A stretch of DNA of 48,971 nucleotides from Actinomycetales bacterium (lineage in GTDB: Bacteria > Actinomycetota > Actinomycetes > Actinomycetales > Micrococcaceae). The first letter of the stretch is position 1, and every line of letters starts with the position of its first letter. Below, in pieces: positions 39,513 to 47,126 of this stretch. The stretch spans positions 1 through 48,971 of the forward strand of contig JBIOFK010000001.1 in the NCBI GenBank assembly GCA_044447065.1. Direction: 5' to 3'. The translations under genes and the position numbers were made by a program. The notes beneath the pieces were generated by a model. It was not told the origin of the DNA. It saw nothing but the letters and a program-made list of their open reading frames with translations, and did not search any database.

Positions 39513-39919
39513 CGGACCCGCTCCGGAACCAGGGCCCTGGTCCCGTTGATGCGGATATCGACCCGGCTCAGCCGGGCGCCGGTGAGGCCGCTGAAGGTGG
39601 CGCCGATGGCGCCCTTGGCGGCCGTTGCGCGTTCCATGATGGTCCCGCCTTCGGCCGCCGGCAACCCCGGATCGCGCACCACCGCGCCGAGCGGGGGAAT
39701 ACCGACAGGCAGCGCCAGGGACATGGCGAGCAGGCCGCCGTCGTCCGAGAAGGCCACCCGCACGTCGGAAGGGCCCACGCCGAAGGTCTGCGCGGCGGCG
39801 GCGCGCGCCACCGTGCTCATGGCCTGGGTGCCGATCCGGTTGTGGCCGGCCAGGGTGCGGGGGCGCTGCGCCGCGGCCGGCAGCGGATCCGTTGCGGCCG
39901 CCTCATTCGGTGCGGTCAC
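39509..39919 (-). CDS. Asp23-cluster hypothetical protein (Asp23/Gls24-like, divergent)
   Basis: ORF 39509..39919 (GTG start, GTGA overlap), a soluble protein of about 136 aa. Confidence 0.6.
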   Translation of the reverse strand: MTAPNEAAATDPLPAAAQRPRTLAGHNRIGTQAMSTVARAAAAQTFGVGPSDVRVAFSDDGGLLAMSLALPVGIPPLGAVVRDPGLPAAEGGTIMERATAAKGAIGATFSGLTGARLSRVDIRINGTRALVPERVR

Positions 39920-40107
39920 GACGAGGAACGCCGTCCGGCAAGGGCGTCGAGAACGCTGCGCAGATCCAGCTTCCCTTCCATGGCGCGGCCGACCGCGGCA
40001 CCGACCGCCATGAAGATCACTGCGATGAGGAAACCCCAGAATCCGAACCTGAACGCCATGAAGGCCAGGAACGCCCCCGCCGTCAGCCCGACCACCGTTA
40101 GATTCAT
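39916..40107 (-). CDS. small membrane protein, DUF2273-like
   Basis: ORF 39916..40107: MNLTVVGLTAGAFLAFMAFRFGFWGFLIAVIFMAVGAAVGRAMEG, two TM helices. ATGA overlap with the upstream gene. Confidence 0.7.
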   Translation of the reverse strand: MNLTVVGLTAGAFLAFMAFRFGFWGFLIAVIFMAVGAAVGRAMEGKLDLRSVLDALAGRRSSS

Positions 40108-40664
40108 CGCTCGTCTCCGTTTCCGTTAGCAGGCAGGGCCGCGGATGCGGCGCCCTGGCGCCCGATCACGCGCGGTTCCGCGGCGGGGACCCGCGGGGTG
40201 CCCCTGTCGGATTCGGCGCCGGCCAAATGGACATCGTTGATTTCCACATTGACCTCGATGACGCTCAGGCCGACCAGTTCCTCGACCGCGCGGTACACGG
40301 CGGCGCGGACGTTGTTGGCGACCTGCTGAAGCGGGGTGCCGTATTCGGCCACCAGGTTGATATCGACGGCAACCTGCGTCTCGCCGACTTCGACCCTGAC
40401 ACCCTGGGCCGCATCCGACTGGCCCACCACGTCGCGGATCGCTCCGAGGGCGCGGGCCGATCCCGATCCGAGCGCATACACGCCGGCCACAGTCCGGGCG
40501 GCCACGCCGGCGACCTTGGCCACGGCGCCGTCCGCGATGACGGTGCGCCCGCCCCTTCCCGCGCTGGGTCCGGTACCCGGATCCGCCGGGGGCGTCGCCT
40601 GCGCAGGGGTCAGCGGCACACCCTGTGGTAGCGGTGATACGGGCTGGTGCTGTGGAATATCCAT
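40104..40664 (-). CDS. Asp23/Gls24 family envelope stress response protein
   Basis: ORF 40104..40664: TVIADGAVAKVAGVAARTVAGVY, VEVGETQVAVDINLVAEYG and VANNVRAAVYRAVEELVGLSVIEVNVEINDV. Confidence 0.85.
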   Translation of the reverse strand: MDIPQHQPVSPLPQGVPLTPAQATPPADPGTGPSAGRGGRTVIADGAVAKVAGVAARTVAGVYALGSGSARALGAIRDVVGQSDAAQGVRVEVGETQVAVDINLVAEYGTPLQQVANNVRAAVYRAVEELVGLSVIEVNVEINDVHLAGAESDRGTPRVPAAEPRVIGRQGAASAALPANGNGDER

Positions 40665-40684
40665 CGGGTCCGCGCCTTTCGTCT

Positions 40685-40724
40685 GGTCCTACGGTAACCC
40701 TAGAGGTCCTACGGTAACCCTAGA
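40685..40724. repeat. perfect 20-bp tandem duplication
   Basis: GGTCCTACGGTAACCCTAGA at 40685-40704 and again at 40705-40724, 21-60 nt upstream of the asp23 start. Confidence 0.9.
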
Positions 40725-41931
40725 GGGGGCTGCTGACACTGGCAACGAGCCGGGCCGGAGCGGGAACGCGCGAACCCGCGGTCGAGTATGGCGGCGGGAC
40801 AGGTCGCGTGACTTGACGTTCGTTAGTGAGTCGTGGCACGAATGTCCTTACCGGAGCGCCTTTTCCGCACCTCGCGAATAGAGCCTTCGCCGATACTCTT
40901 CGACTGCACGCCGGCTGGAGCGCCAAGACCCGTCCCGTTTCCTGGACAGCCTCCAGGCGTCCCCTGGTGGCTGCCTGACGTAGCGCCGAGTAGGACATCG
41001 TGTCGTCTTGGAGCGCCTGCAGGGGAACGAACTTGGACGGTCCAGCAATCTCCGGAATCAAGTGGTGAAGGTTGTCAATGACGGACCGACAAATTTGCTC
41101 CGCCAGGGGACCCAGGTCCCCCTTGTCGGCCTTGTCCAGAGCCGTCAGGTACCTGCTTCTGTGCTTCTTGAAGATAATGGCTGGTGGCCACCCCAGCCGG
41201 ATCAAAATGAGGTTTAGTACAAGCCGTCCGGTTCGTCCGTTCCCATCTATGAAGGGGTGTATCGCTTCGAAGTTACGGTGGATTCCGGCTAGCCGTTCCG
41301 GCACCAGGCTCGCCTCCAAGGTCTTGCCCTTCACTTGGGCACCCAATTCATTGACCGCGTCGATCCACAGGCCCAGGTCGGAGTCGATCTGCACGAAGCT
41401 GGGCGGTGTCATGCCCCCCGAGAACGCGATGATTTCGTGCCGGCGAAATTGTCCCGGACCCTCCAAATCCGACGCGTCGCGGTGAGGAGCAACCTGCCAC
41501 ACGGGACCCATGAGGTCCGCGTGGATGCGGCGAACCTCCGTCTTCACGATGAGCTCATCGTGCTGCCACTGGCTCGGCGATAGCCCCTGCTGGTAGACCC
41601 ATTTGGCGGCATCACCGTACCCCTGCACCTCCACGTAGTCCTTGAGTTCCTTCGCCCCTACCGCCCGGCCGCTGTCGAGTAGAGTCTTCACTTCTTTGAG
41701 AACTAGGGTGTTGCCTTCGAGCGCAGTGGAGTGGTGCGCTTCAAGGTGCCAAAGATCGTCCCAAATTGCTCTAGCTTCGTGAGGCTCGGGGAGTGTCACA
41801 GACGCGTCGCCCAAACGCAACGAAACACTTTGGTGCGAAGTGTCACAGTACGAGCTAGATCCCCTTACGATTCCATCGAACGAACTGTTGGAGGTCTTGG
41901 ATGCCGCAGTTCCAGCGATCAAGATCCACAT
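40720..41931 (-). CDS. Fic family protein (class II, N-terminal inhibitory motif); 3' end probably frameshifted, start uncertain
   Basis: ORF 40720..42090 frame: Fic motif HPFIDGNGRTGR and inhibitory motif STALEGN ([ST]xxxE[GN]). After ...RGRLEAVQ the frame decays into an R/P/A-rich tail, while the -1 frame (ORF 40848..41048) reads KRDGSWRSSRRAVEEYRRRLY...*. Candidate starts are ATG 41931 and GTG 41799. Confidence 0.7.
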   Translation of the reverse strand: MWILIAGTAASKTSNSSFDGIVRGSSSYCDTSHQSVSLRLGDASVTLPEPHEARAIWDDLWHLEAHHSTALEGNTLVLKEVKTLLDSGRAVGAKELKDYVEVQGYGDAAKWVYQQGLSPSQWQHDELIVKTEVRRIHADLMGPVWQVAPHRDASDLEGPGQFRRHEIIAFSGGMTPPSFVQIDSDLGLWIDAVNELGAQVKGKTLEASLVPERLAGIHRNFEAIHPFIDGNGRTGRLVLNLILIRLGWPPAIIFKKHRSRYLTALDKADKGDLGPLAEQICRSVIDNLHHLIPEIAGPSKFVPLQALQDDTMSYSALRQAATRGRLEAVQETGRVLALQPACSRRVSAKALFARCGKGAPVRTFVPRLTNERQVTRPVPPPYSTAGSRVPAPARLVASVSSPL

Positions 41932-42121
41932 GGCGCCGGCCTGGGTATTGGCTATCTGTCCCGATGACGCCAGCCGGCGGCAGGTTGGGCTCGTAACGGT
42001 GCGTGCCGGGAGTGGTTGCCGGGCTTTCGCCACTGGCCAATGAAATACCAGAGGTTCCATCCCGAACTTGGATGATTCCGGCTGACGCACGCTGAGTCCT
42101 GAGCCTTGTTAAACAAGAAGA

Positions 42122-42160
42122 ATCCCGCAATTCCCACGTAAACACTGGGAATTGCGGGAT
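42122..42160 (-). terminator. 15-bp perfect hairpin downstream of the tRNA cluster
   Basis: ATCCCGCAATTCCCA-cgtaaacac-TGGGAATTGCGGGAT, 7 nt past the 3' end of tRNA-Phe. Confidence 0.65.
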
Positions 42161-42166
42161 CCTAGC

Positions 42167-42242
42167 TGGTGGCTCCGACCGGCGTCGATCCGGTGACCTC
42201 TCGATTTTCAGTCGAACGCTCTACCAACTGAGCTACAGAGCC
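42167..42242 (-). tRNA. tRNA-Phe (GAA), CCA encoded
   Basis: The reverse complement GGCTCTGTAGCTCAGTTGGTAGAGCGTTCGACTGAAAATCGAGAGGTCACCGGATCGACGCCGGTCGGAGCCACCA folds by hand into a 76-nt cloverleaf. Anticodon loop CTGAAAA. Confidence 0.93.
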
Positions 42243-42290
42243 TTGGTGAACAGATCACCGTGACCGTCCGGACGAATCCGGAAAATCAAG

Positions 42291-42364
42291 CGACCCTGAC
42301 GGGACTCGAACCCGCGACCTCCGCCGTGACAGGGCGGCGCGCTAACCAACTGCGCTACAGGGCC
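42291..42364 (-). tRNA. tRNA-Asp (GTC)
   Basis: The reverse complement GGCCCTGTAGCGCAGTTGGTTAGCGCGCCGCCCTGTCACGGCGGAGGTCGCGGGTTCGAGTCCCGTCAGGGTCG gives a 74-nt cloverleaf. Anticodon loop CTGTCAC. Confidence 0.93.
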
Positions 42365-42439
42365 TTGCTAGTGACGCTTCCGCGCCAAACAAGAGTTATA
42401 TCTTATCAGCCTTTTCGGACCATCCAAGCCACTCCTGAG

Positions 42440-42512
42440 TACCCCCAACGGGATTCGAACCCGTGCCGCCGCCGTGAAAGGGCGGTGTCCTAGGCCGCTA
42501 GACGATGGGGGC
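42440..42512 (-). tRNA. tRNA-Glu (TTC)
   Basis: The reverse complement GCCCCCATCGTCTAGCGGCCTAGGACACCGCCCTTTCACGGCGGCGGCACGGGTTCGAATCCCGTTGGGGGTA gives a 73-nt cloverleaf. Anticodon loop CTTTCAC. Confidence 0.93.
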
Positions 42513-42944
42513 ATCGGACACATTCGAACGTCAGGAGCGCGGTTTTTCGCCGAGCCCTTGTTCCCGAAGTGGACGCATAAAACTATAGGGCCAACGCTGC
42601 GAATATCCAAAACGATTCCGGTGCCGTACGCCCTGCGGTCCGGCGGCCTCCGGCCATCCGGGGCGGCCGGCCGGAACCGCGACACACCGTGCAGCCTGCG
42701 ACAGAATTACACTGGAGTTGTTTATGTTGTAGGTGGGACACCTGTTGCCAAAGTGATCCCGCACGCCGTAACCTGAGCTCTGTTGTGTAGACGCAGTCAG
42801 GTTCTGCTGCACTGCCCGGTGGCCGAAAACCCGCACGTGTGCGGCCGGCCCGGGGCAGGGCGTCCCGCCCGGAGCCTCAGAACCGGACCTGCCCTAGCGG
42901 GTCCGGGATGCGCTACACACTCGAACGTAGCGAGGACACCACGC

Positions 42945-44438
42945 ATGAGTTTGGCGACGCAACGCGCTTTGGCAGCCGCACGCATCCGGCCCTTCGGCCT
43001 TGGCTCCGCCTCAGGACGAACCAGGATCCTGGCCCGCGGCACAGCGCTTGCGGCCTGCTCGGCCCTCGCCGCCGGCACCTTCCTGGCACCCGCACAAGCC
43101 GCCCCGCTGCCCGCGGCACCGTCGTCGTTCCTGATGCCCGCCGCGTCCGTGGCCACCGACATTCCCAGCGCCGACGATATCGCCGCGGCCAAGAGCAGTG
43201 AGTCCGCCACCGCGTCCGAGGTCACCAAGATCGAGGCCCTGCTGGACTCGGCGAACACCGCGATGGCGCAGGCCATGAGCGGGTCCAGCCGCGCCAGCGA
43301 CAGCTATACCACCGCCCTGGTGACGCTGCAGGACCGGCAGGCCGCCGCCGCCGTCGCCGTCGGACGCGCCACCGCCGCGGGCAAGCTCAAGGACAAGGCC
43401 AAGACCGAGGTCGGCCAGCTCGCCGGCGACATGTACAAGAACGCGGGCATGACGCCGGGCGTGCAGTCCTTGCTGACCGGGGCCTCGGACACGAACTCGC
43501 TGTACCAGGCCTCCACGTTGGTGGCCCTGGGCGAGTCCCGCAACCAGACCCTGACCAACGCCCAGACCGCGGCGGCAACGGCGAAGTCGCTCCAGGATGC
43601 CGCGGATGCGGCCACCAAGGCAGCCGACGACGCCGCCAAGGCCGCCGAAGCGGCCAAGTCGGCCGCCCAGGGCGCCTATGACAGCCAGGCCAAAATTGTG
43701 GCCGACAGCAATGCCCAGCGGACCGTGCTGATCGGCCAGATGGCATCCCTGCACAACACCACCGTGGCCCTGGAGACGCAGCGGGTGACCGGCCTGGAGC
43801 AGCAGAAGCAGGCCGCAGCGCTGGCTGCCGTCATTGCCGCCTCCGCCAAGGCCGCGGCCGCACAGCAGGCATCCGCGCAGCAGGCACAGCAGCAGGCGGC
43901 AAGCACTCCGGTCCAGGCGGCACCCGTCCAGCAAGCGCCGGCGGCCCCGGTGCAGGTGCCTGTTCAGGTCCCGGTGCAGGTGCCGGTCCAGCAGCCGCCG
44001 GCCGCACCCGCTCCTCCGGTCCAGGCCCCGCCGGTCCAGGCCCCGCCGGCCGATCCGAACCCGCCCGCCAGCGGCGGGGGCATCGTCGGCTACGCGATGG
44101 CCCGCACTAACAATCCGGCCTATTTCTACCAGTGGGGCGGCACCGGGCCCTTCGGCTATGACTGCAGCGGCCTCGTCATGAAGGCCTTCGCCTCGATCGG
44201 GATTTCCGTGCCGCGGACCGGGACCGACCAGTACTACGCCGCTCCGCAGCACGTCCCGCTGAGCCAGGCCCGCCCGGGTGACTTGGTGATGTTCAACGGG
44301 ACGACCTCCTGGAGCCACATCGCGATCTACATCGGCAACGGTATGGTCGTCCAGGCGCTGGCGCCGGGCATGGGGATTACCGTCAACTCGCTGGCCAGCA
44401 TGTGGGTCCCGCCGTTCGGCACCGTCGCCCGTTACTGA
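42945..44438 (+). CDS. secreted NlpC/P60 family peptidoglycan endopeptidase with N-terminal coiled-coil domain (RipA-like)
   Basis: Frame of ORF 42783..44438, with the start at ATG 42945. It has a signal peptide (..LAAGTFLAPAQAAP), a long Ala/Gln-rich coiled-coil region and a Pro/Val/Gln linker. The C-terminal NlpC/P60 core reads YQWGGTGPFGYDCSGLV...GDLVMF...SHIAIYIGNG (Cys-His catalytic pair). Confidence 0.88.
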   Translation: MSLATQRALAAARIRPFGLGSASGRTRILARGTALAACSALAAGTFLAPAQAAPLPAAPSSFLMPAASVATDIPSADDIAAAKSSESATASEVTKIEALLDSANTAMAQAMSGSSRASDSYTTALVTLQDRQAAAAVAVGRATAAGKLKDKAKTEVGQLAGDMYKNAGMTPGVQSLLTGASDTNSLYQASTLVALGESRNQTLTNAQTAAATAKSLQDAADAATKAADDAAKAAEAAKSAAQGAYDSQAKIVADSNAQRTVLIGQMASLHNTTVALETQRVTGLEQQKQAAALAAVIAASAKAAAAQQASAQQAQQQAASTPVQAAPVQQAPAAPVQVPVQVPVQVPVQQPPAAPAPPVQAPPVQAPPADPNPPASGGGIVGYAMARTNNPAYFYQWGGTGPFGYDCSGLVMKAFASIGISVPRTGTDQYYAAPQHVPLSQARPGDLVMFNGTTSWSHIAIYIGNGMVVQALAPGMGITVNSLASMWVPPFGTVARY

Positions 44439-44504
44439 TTCGCTACTGATTTGGGGCGAACAATCCCGCTGGGCCTTATAACCCCGCCGGGCCGGTCAGC
44501 CCCG

Positions 44505-45569
44505 TTAGGCCGGCGGGCGCGTCCCGGGTGCGGGCGGCCCGGCCGGGGGCGGCTCGGTGCCGCCGGTCATCATCGGACCAAACGCGGGCCGGTCATCCAG
44601 CCGCGGGTCCGGCGCGTCATGGACCACCATGACGGGCCCCTTCGCGTGGTGCAGCACGCCGTCAGTCGTAGAACCGAGCAGCATGCCGGCGAAACCGCCC
44701 CGGCCGCGGGTTCCCATCACCACCAGCTCGGATTCCCGGGTCGCCTGGATCATGGCCTCCACCGGCTGCGCATCGAGCAGTTCGGTGGAGATGGGCAGCT
44801 GGGGGAAGTGGCTCTGCAGCCACGCCTTGCCCGCGGCGAGCTGCACCCGGAGTTCGTCGAACAGGCTGTCATGGTCCACCGCCGCCGGCATCCAGGCCAG
44901 CGAGCCGTTGAAGGGCGGCACCGCGCAGAGCACCCGCAGCGCCAGGGCATGCCGCTGGGCATATTCGGCGGCGCCGAGCACCGCCACCCGGGCCCGCTCG
45001 GAGCCGTCCACGCCCACTGTTACCTGGGCCCTGACGTCCTCGGGACGGGCGCTGTCCTTGGCCGGGTGCTTGGGTTCCTGGCCCAGGCGCGGGGCGCAGC
45101 TGAGCGGCACCGTCACCGTCGGGCATTCGGCATGGGCGGGAAGGGCGCTGCTGACGGACCCGAGCAGCCGGCCCACGAATCCGCCGCGGCCCCGGGAACC
45201 GAAGACCAGCGTGTCGGCGGTGCGGCTCATCTCCAGCAGCACCGCCGCCGCGTCGCCGCTTTCGACCCGCGCATCCAGTTCGACGGAGTACGGGGCCGCG
45301 GTTGCCGCGGCATGTCCGACCATCGCCTTCGCGCTCTCCCTGATGACGTCGTCGTCCACCGTGGCGTAGCCGCCGTCGAGCCCGGACGCGGCAAACACCG
45401 GCACGGAATACGCGGTCACCAGATGGAGCGGCAGCCCGCGGCTCCGCGCTTCCCTGGCCGCCCAGACGACGGCGCAGTCGCTTTGCTCCGAACCGTCCAC
45501 ACCCACGACGATTCCCGTGGGGACCGGGAGGGGCTCCTCCGCAGGGCTAAGCGGTTCACTGGCGGTCAT
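44505..45569 (-). CDS. universal stress protein, tandem Usp domains
   Basis: ORF 44505..45569: two repeats of the pattern (IVVGVDGSE...LVFGSRGRGGFVGRLLGSVS and VTVGVDGSE...LVVMGTRGRGGFAGMLLGSTT). Confidence 0.88.
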   Translation of the reverse strand: MTASEPLSPAEEPLPVPTGIVVGVDGSEQSDCAVVWAAREARSRGLPLHLVTAYSVPVFAASGLDGGYATVDDDVIRESAKAMVGHAAATAAPYSVELDARVESGDAAAVLLEMSRTADTLVFGSRGRGGFVGRLLGSVSSALPAHAECPTVTVPLSCAPRLGQEPKHPAKDSARPEDVRAQVTVGVDGSERARVAVLGAAEYAQRHALALRVLCAVPPFNGSLAWMPAAVDHDSLFDELRVQLAAGKAWLQSHFPQLPISTELLDAQPVEAMIQATRESELVVMGTRGRGGFAGMLLGSTTDGVLHHAKGPVMVVHDAPDPRLDDRPAFGPMMTGGTEPPPAGPPAPGTRPPA

Positions 45570-45821
45570 GGCGTCCTCTCCGGCCGGCTTCGGTGCGGGC
45601 AGGCCTCCTCCTAGTGACTATTGCCGGTTCCCCGGGGGCCGTCAAGCCGCACGGAACGCGCCGAGGCACCCCGCGCTCTACCCACGGCAGGCAATCTTCT
45701 GTAGTGTTCGAGAATCGGCGGATCCGGCCTGGCCCTGCGTTAACAGCTTGACCGGAGGATTCCGCCTGCCCGTTCCACGATGCCTCGGCAGCGTGCCCAT
45801 TTCCACGGAGGTCCATCGGCC

Positions 45822-46448
45822 ATGACAGCTGCCCCTCCAGCGGCGAACATCCCGGCGCACCCGTCCCGGGCACCGCGCGCAGGGTCTGCAGGGTCGTCTC
45901 CGGGGTCCGCAGGATCGACGGAGTCGACGACGACGGTGGTCATCGGTTCGGGGTTCTCCGGGCTGGCGGTGGCCAGCGAACTCTGTCGGCAGGGCGTGGA
46001 TTCGATCGTCGTCGAGGGGATGCTGCAGGTGGGGGCGGGGACCCGGTCCGATGTGCGGTTCAGGAGCGGCCTGGGCGACCGGGGCGACATTTTCCGCCTG
46101 CTGGTCCATTACGCGCAGAGCCATCACCTGGACATTCGTTCCGGCACGCACGCGGTCGAACTGAGCCGGGCTCCGCTCGCAGCCGCCGGGGGCCAATGGA
46201 TGGTGCGCACCGGGGACGGCATTCTGCTGGCCGACAGCATCGTGCTGACCCGCGGCGCCCAGAACCAGCTGCGCCGGCTTCTCTCCGGCCTGGGCATCGG
46301 GTTGGGCAGGGACCTCCTGACGGCCCTACGTTCGCTGGGGATCTACCTCGTCGGCGTCGGAGACACCCTGGCCCCGAGCACCAAGGACATCCTGCACCAG
46401 GCCAAGCTGGTGGGCCAGGCCATCTCGGCGACGACGGCGGCCGCCTGA
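45822..46448 (+). CDS. short FAD/NAD(P)-binding protein (flavin monooxygenase/CzcO-like ends, middle missing)
   Basis: Frame of ORF 45780..46448; I prefer ATG 45822 (GGAGG upstream). It has the dinucleotide-binding motif VVIGSGFSGLAVASEL and a C-terminal LGIYLVGVGD...HQAKLVGQAI. At about 208 aa it is far shorter than usual members of such families. Confidence 0.6.
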   Translation: MTAAPPAANIPAHPSRAPRAGSAGSSPGSAGSTESTTTVVIGSGFSGLAVASELCRQGVDSIVVEGMLQVGAGTRSDVRFRSGLGDRGDIFRLLVHYAQSHHLDIRSGTHAVELSRAPLAAAGGQWMVRTGDGILLADSIVLTRGAQNQLRRLLSGLGIGLGRDLLTALRSLGIYLVGVGDTLAPSTKDILHQAKLVGQAISATTAAA

Positions 46449-46449
46449 G

Positions 46450-47031
46450 TCAGTCTTCCTCGCCCCGCAGCCTGCGCCGGACGACGACGGCGATGCCGGC
46501 AACCACGAGCACGACGAGTACCGCGATACCCACCCCCAGCCAGGGGAATCCGCCCGAGGCGGTGGCTGCGGACGCCGGCACCTGAACCGGAACCGGTGTT
46601 CCCGCGGCTTGGCCGCTGCCGCCGGCGGATCCGGCCGTGGCATTGAAGCTGAACGTTCCGTCGATGGGGTGGCTGTCCGCGGACACCATCCGCCAGTTCA
46701 CCGTGTACCTGCCGGCGGGCGCCCCGGGCTTGAGCTGCTGGCTGGCCACGTGATCGGTAACCTGGACGGAGCCCGTTGCCCAGTCGGTCCCGGAGGGATC
46801 CTTCACTTCGATTTGGGAGCCGATGGCCGCCGGCGTGTTGTCGAAGGTGAGGGTAATCTGCCCGGGAACGGTCGCGACCGTGGCGCCGTCGGCCGGACTC
46901 GTCGACTCAAGCACGTCGTGTGCGGAGGCCGCGGGGGCCAGCAGCAGAAGTGAGGCGAACATCACGGCCGCTGCGCACAATAGCGCCGCGGCGCCCCGGA
47001 TGGTGGTCCTACGGCGGCGTCCAGCAGTCAT
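46450..47031 (-). CDS. copC: CopC domain copper-resistance protein with C-terminal membrane anchor
   Basis: Frame of ORF 46450..47067, with the start at ATG 47031 (AAGGA RBS). Signal peptide ...APAASA then HDVLESTSPADGATV (mature N-terminal His). YTVNWRMVSADSHPIDGTFSF is present. The C-terminal TM is WLGVGIAVLVVLVVAGIAVVV. Confidence 0.85.
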   Translation of the reverse strand: MTAGRRRRTTIRGAAALLCAAAVMFASLLLLAPAASAHDVLESTSPADGATVATVPGQITLTFDNTPAAIGSQIEVKDPSGTDWATGSVQVTDHVASQQLKPGAPAGRYTVNWRMVSADSHPIDGTFSFNATAGSAGGSGQAAGTPVPVQVPASAATASGGFPWLGVGIAVLVVLVVAGIAVVVRRRLRGEED

Positions 47032-47126
47032 TGCGGCGATTCCTTCTTTCCCTGTGGCTATTCCCACCGTACGTCACGGCGGGGCGCACGGGCCGTGCGG
47101 ACTAAGATTCTTCCGGGGGATCCGTG

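Noticed and set aside
40848-41048. 66-aa minus-strand ORF as an independent small gene (for example an antitoxin) overlapping the Fic 3' end
   Set aside because: Only its last ~30 residues look protein-like, and they continue the Fic C-terminus after a 1-nt frame change. The N-terminal part is out-of-frame Fic sequence. It is better explained as the displaced Fic C-terminus.
42104-42116. 13-bp palindrome CTTGTTAAACAAG upstream of the Fic ORF as an operator
   Set aside because: It is short and single-copy, it sits next to the tRNA-cluster terminator hairpin, and there is no second copy or cognate regulator. This is too weak to call.
40665-42166. Complete integrated mobile element / genomic island at tRNA-Phe carrying the Fic gene
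   Set aside because: There is no integrase, excisionase or transposase ORF. I found no direct repeat of the tRNA-Phe 3' end. The 20-bp duplication at 40685 does not match the tRNA. Only a single low-GC gene is present, so at most this is a remnant.
42783-42944. 54-codon N-terminal extension of the NlpC/P60 ORF
   Set aside because: The extension is Arg/Pro/Gly-rich with no signal peptide. ATG 42945 is followed directly by a signal-peptide-like sequence and has an AGGA RBS upstream.
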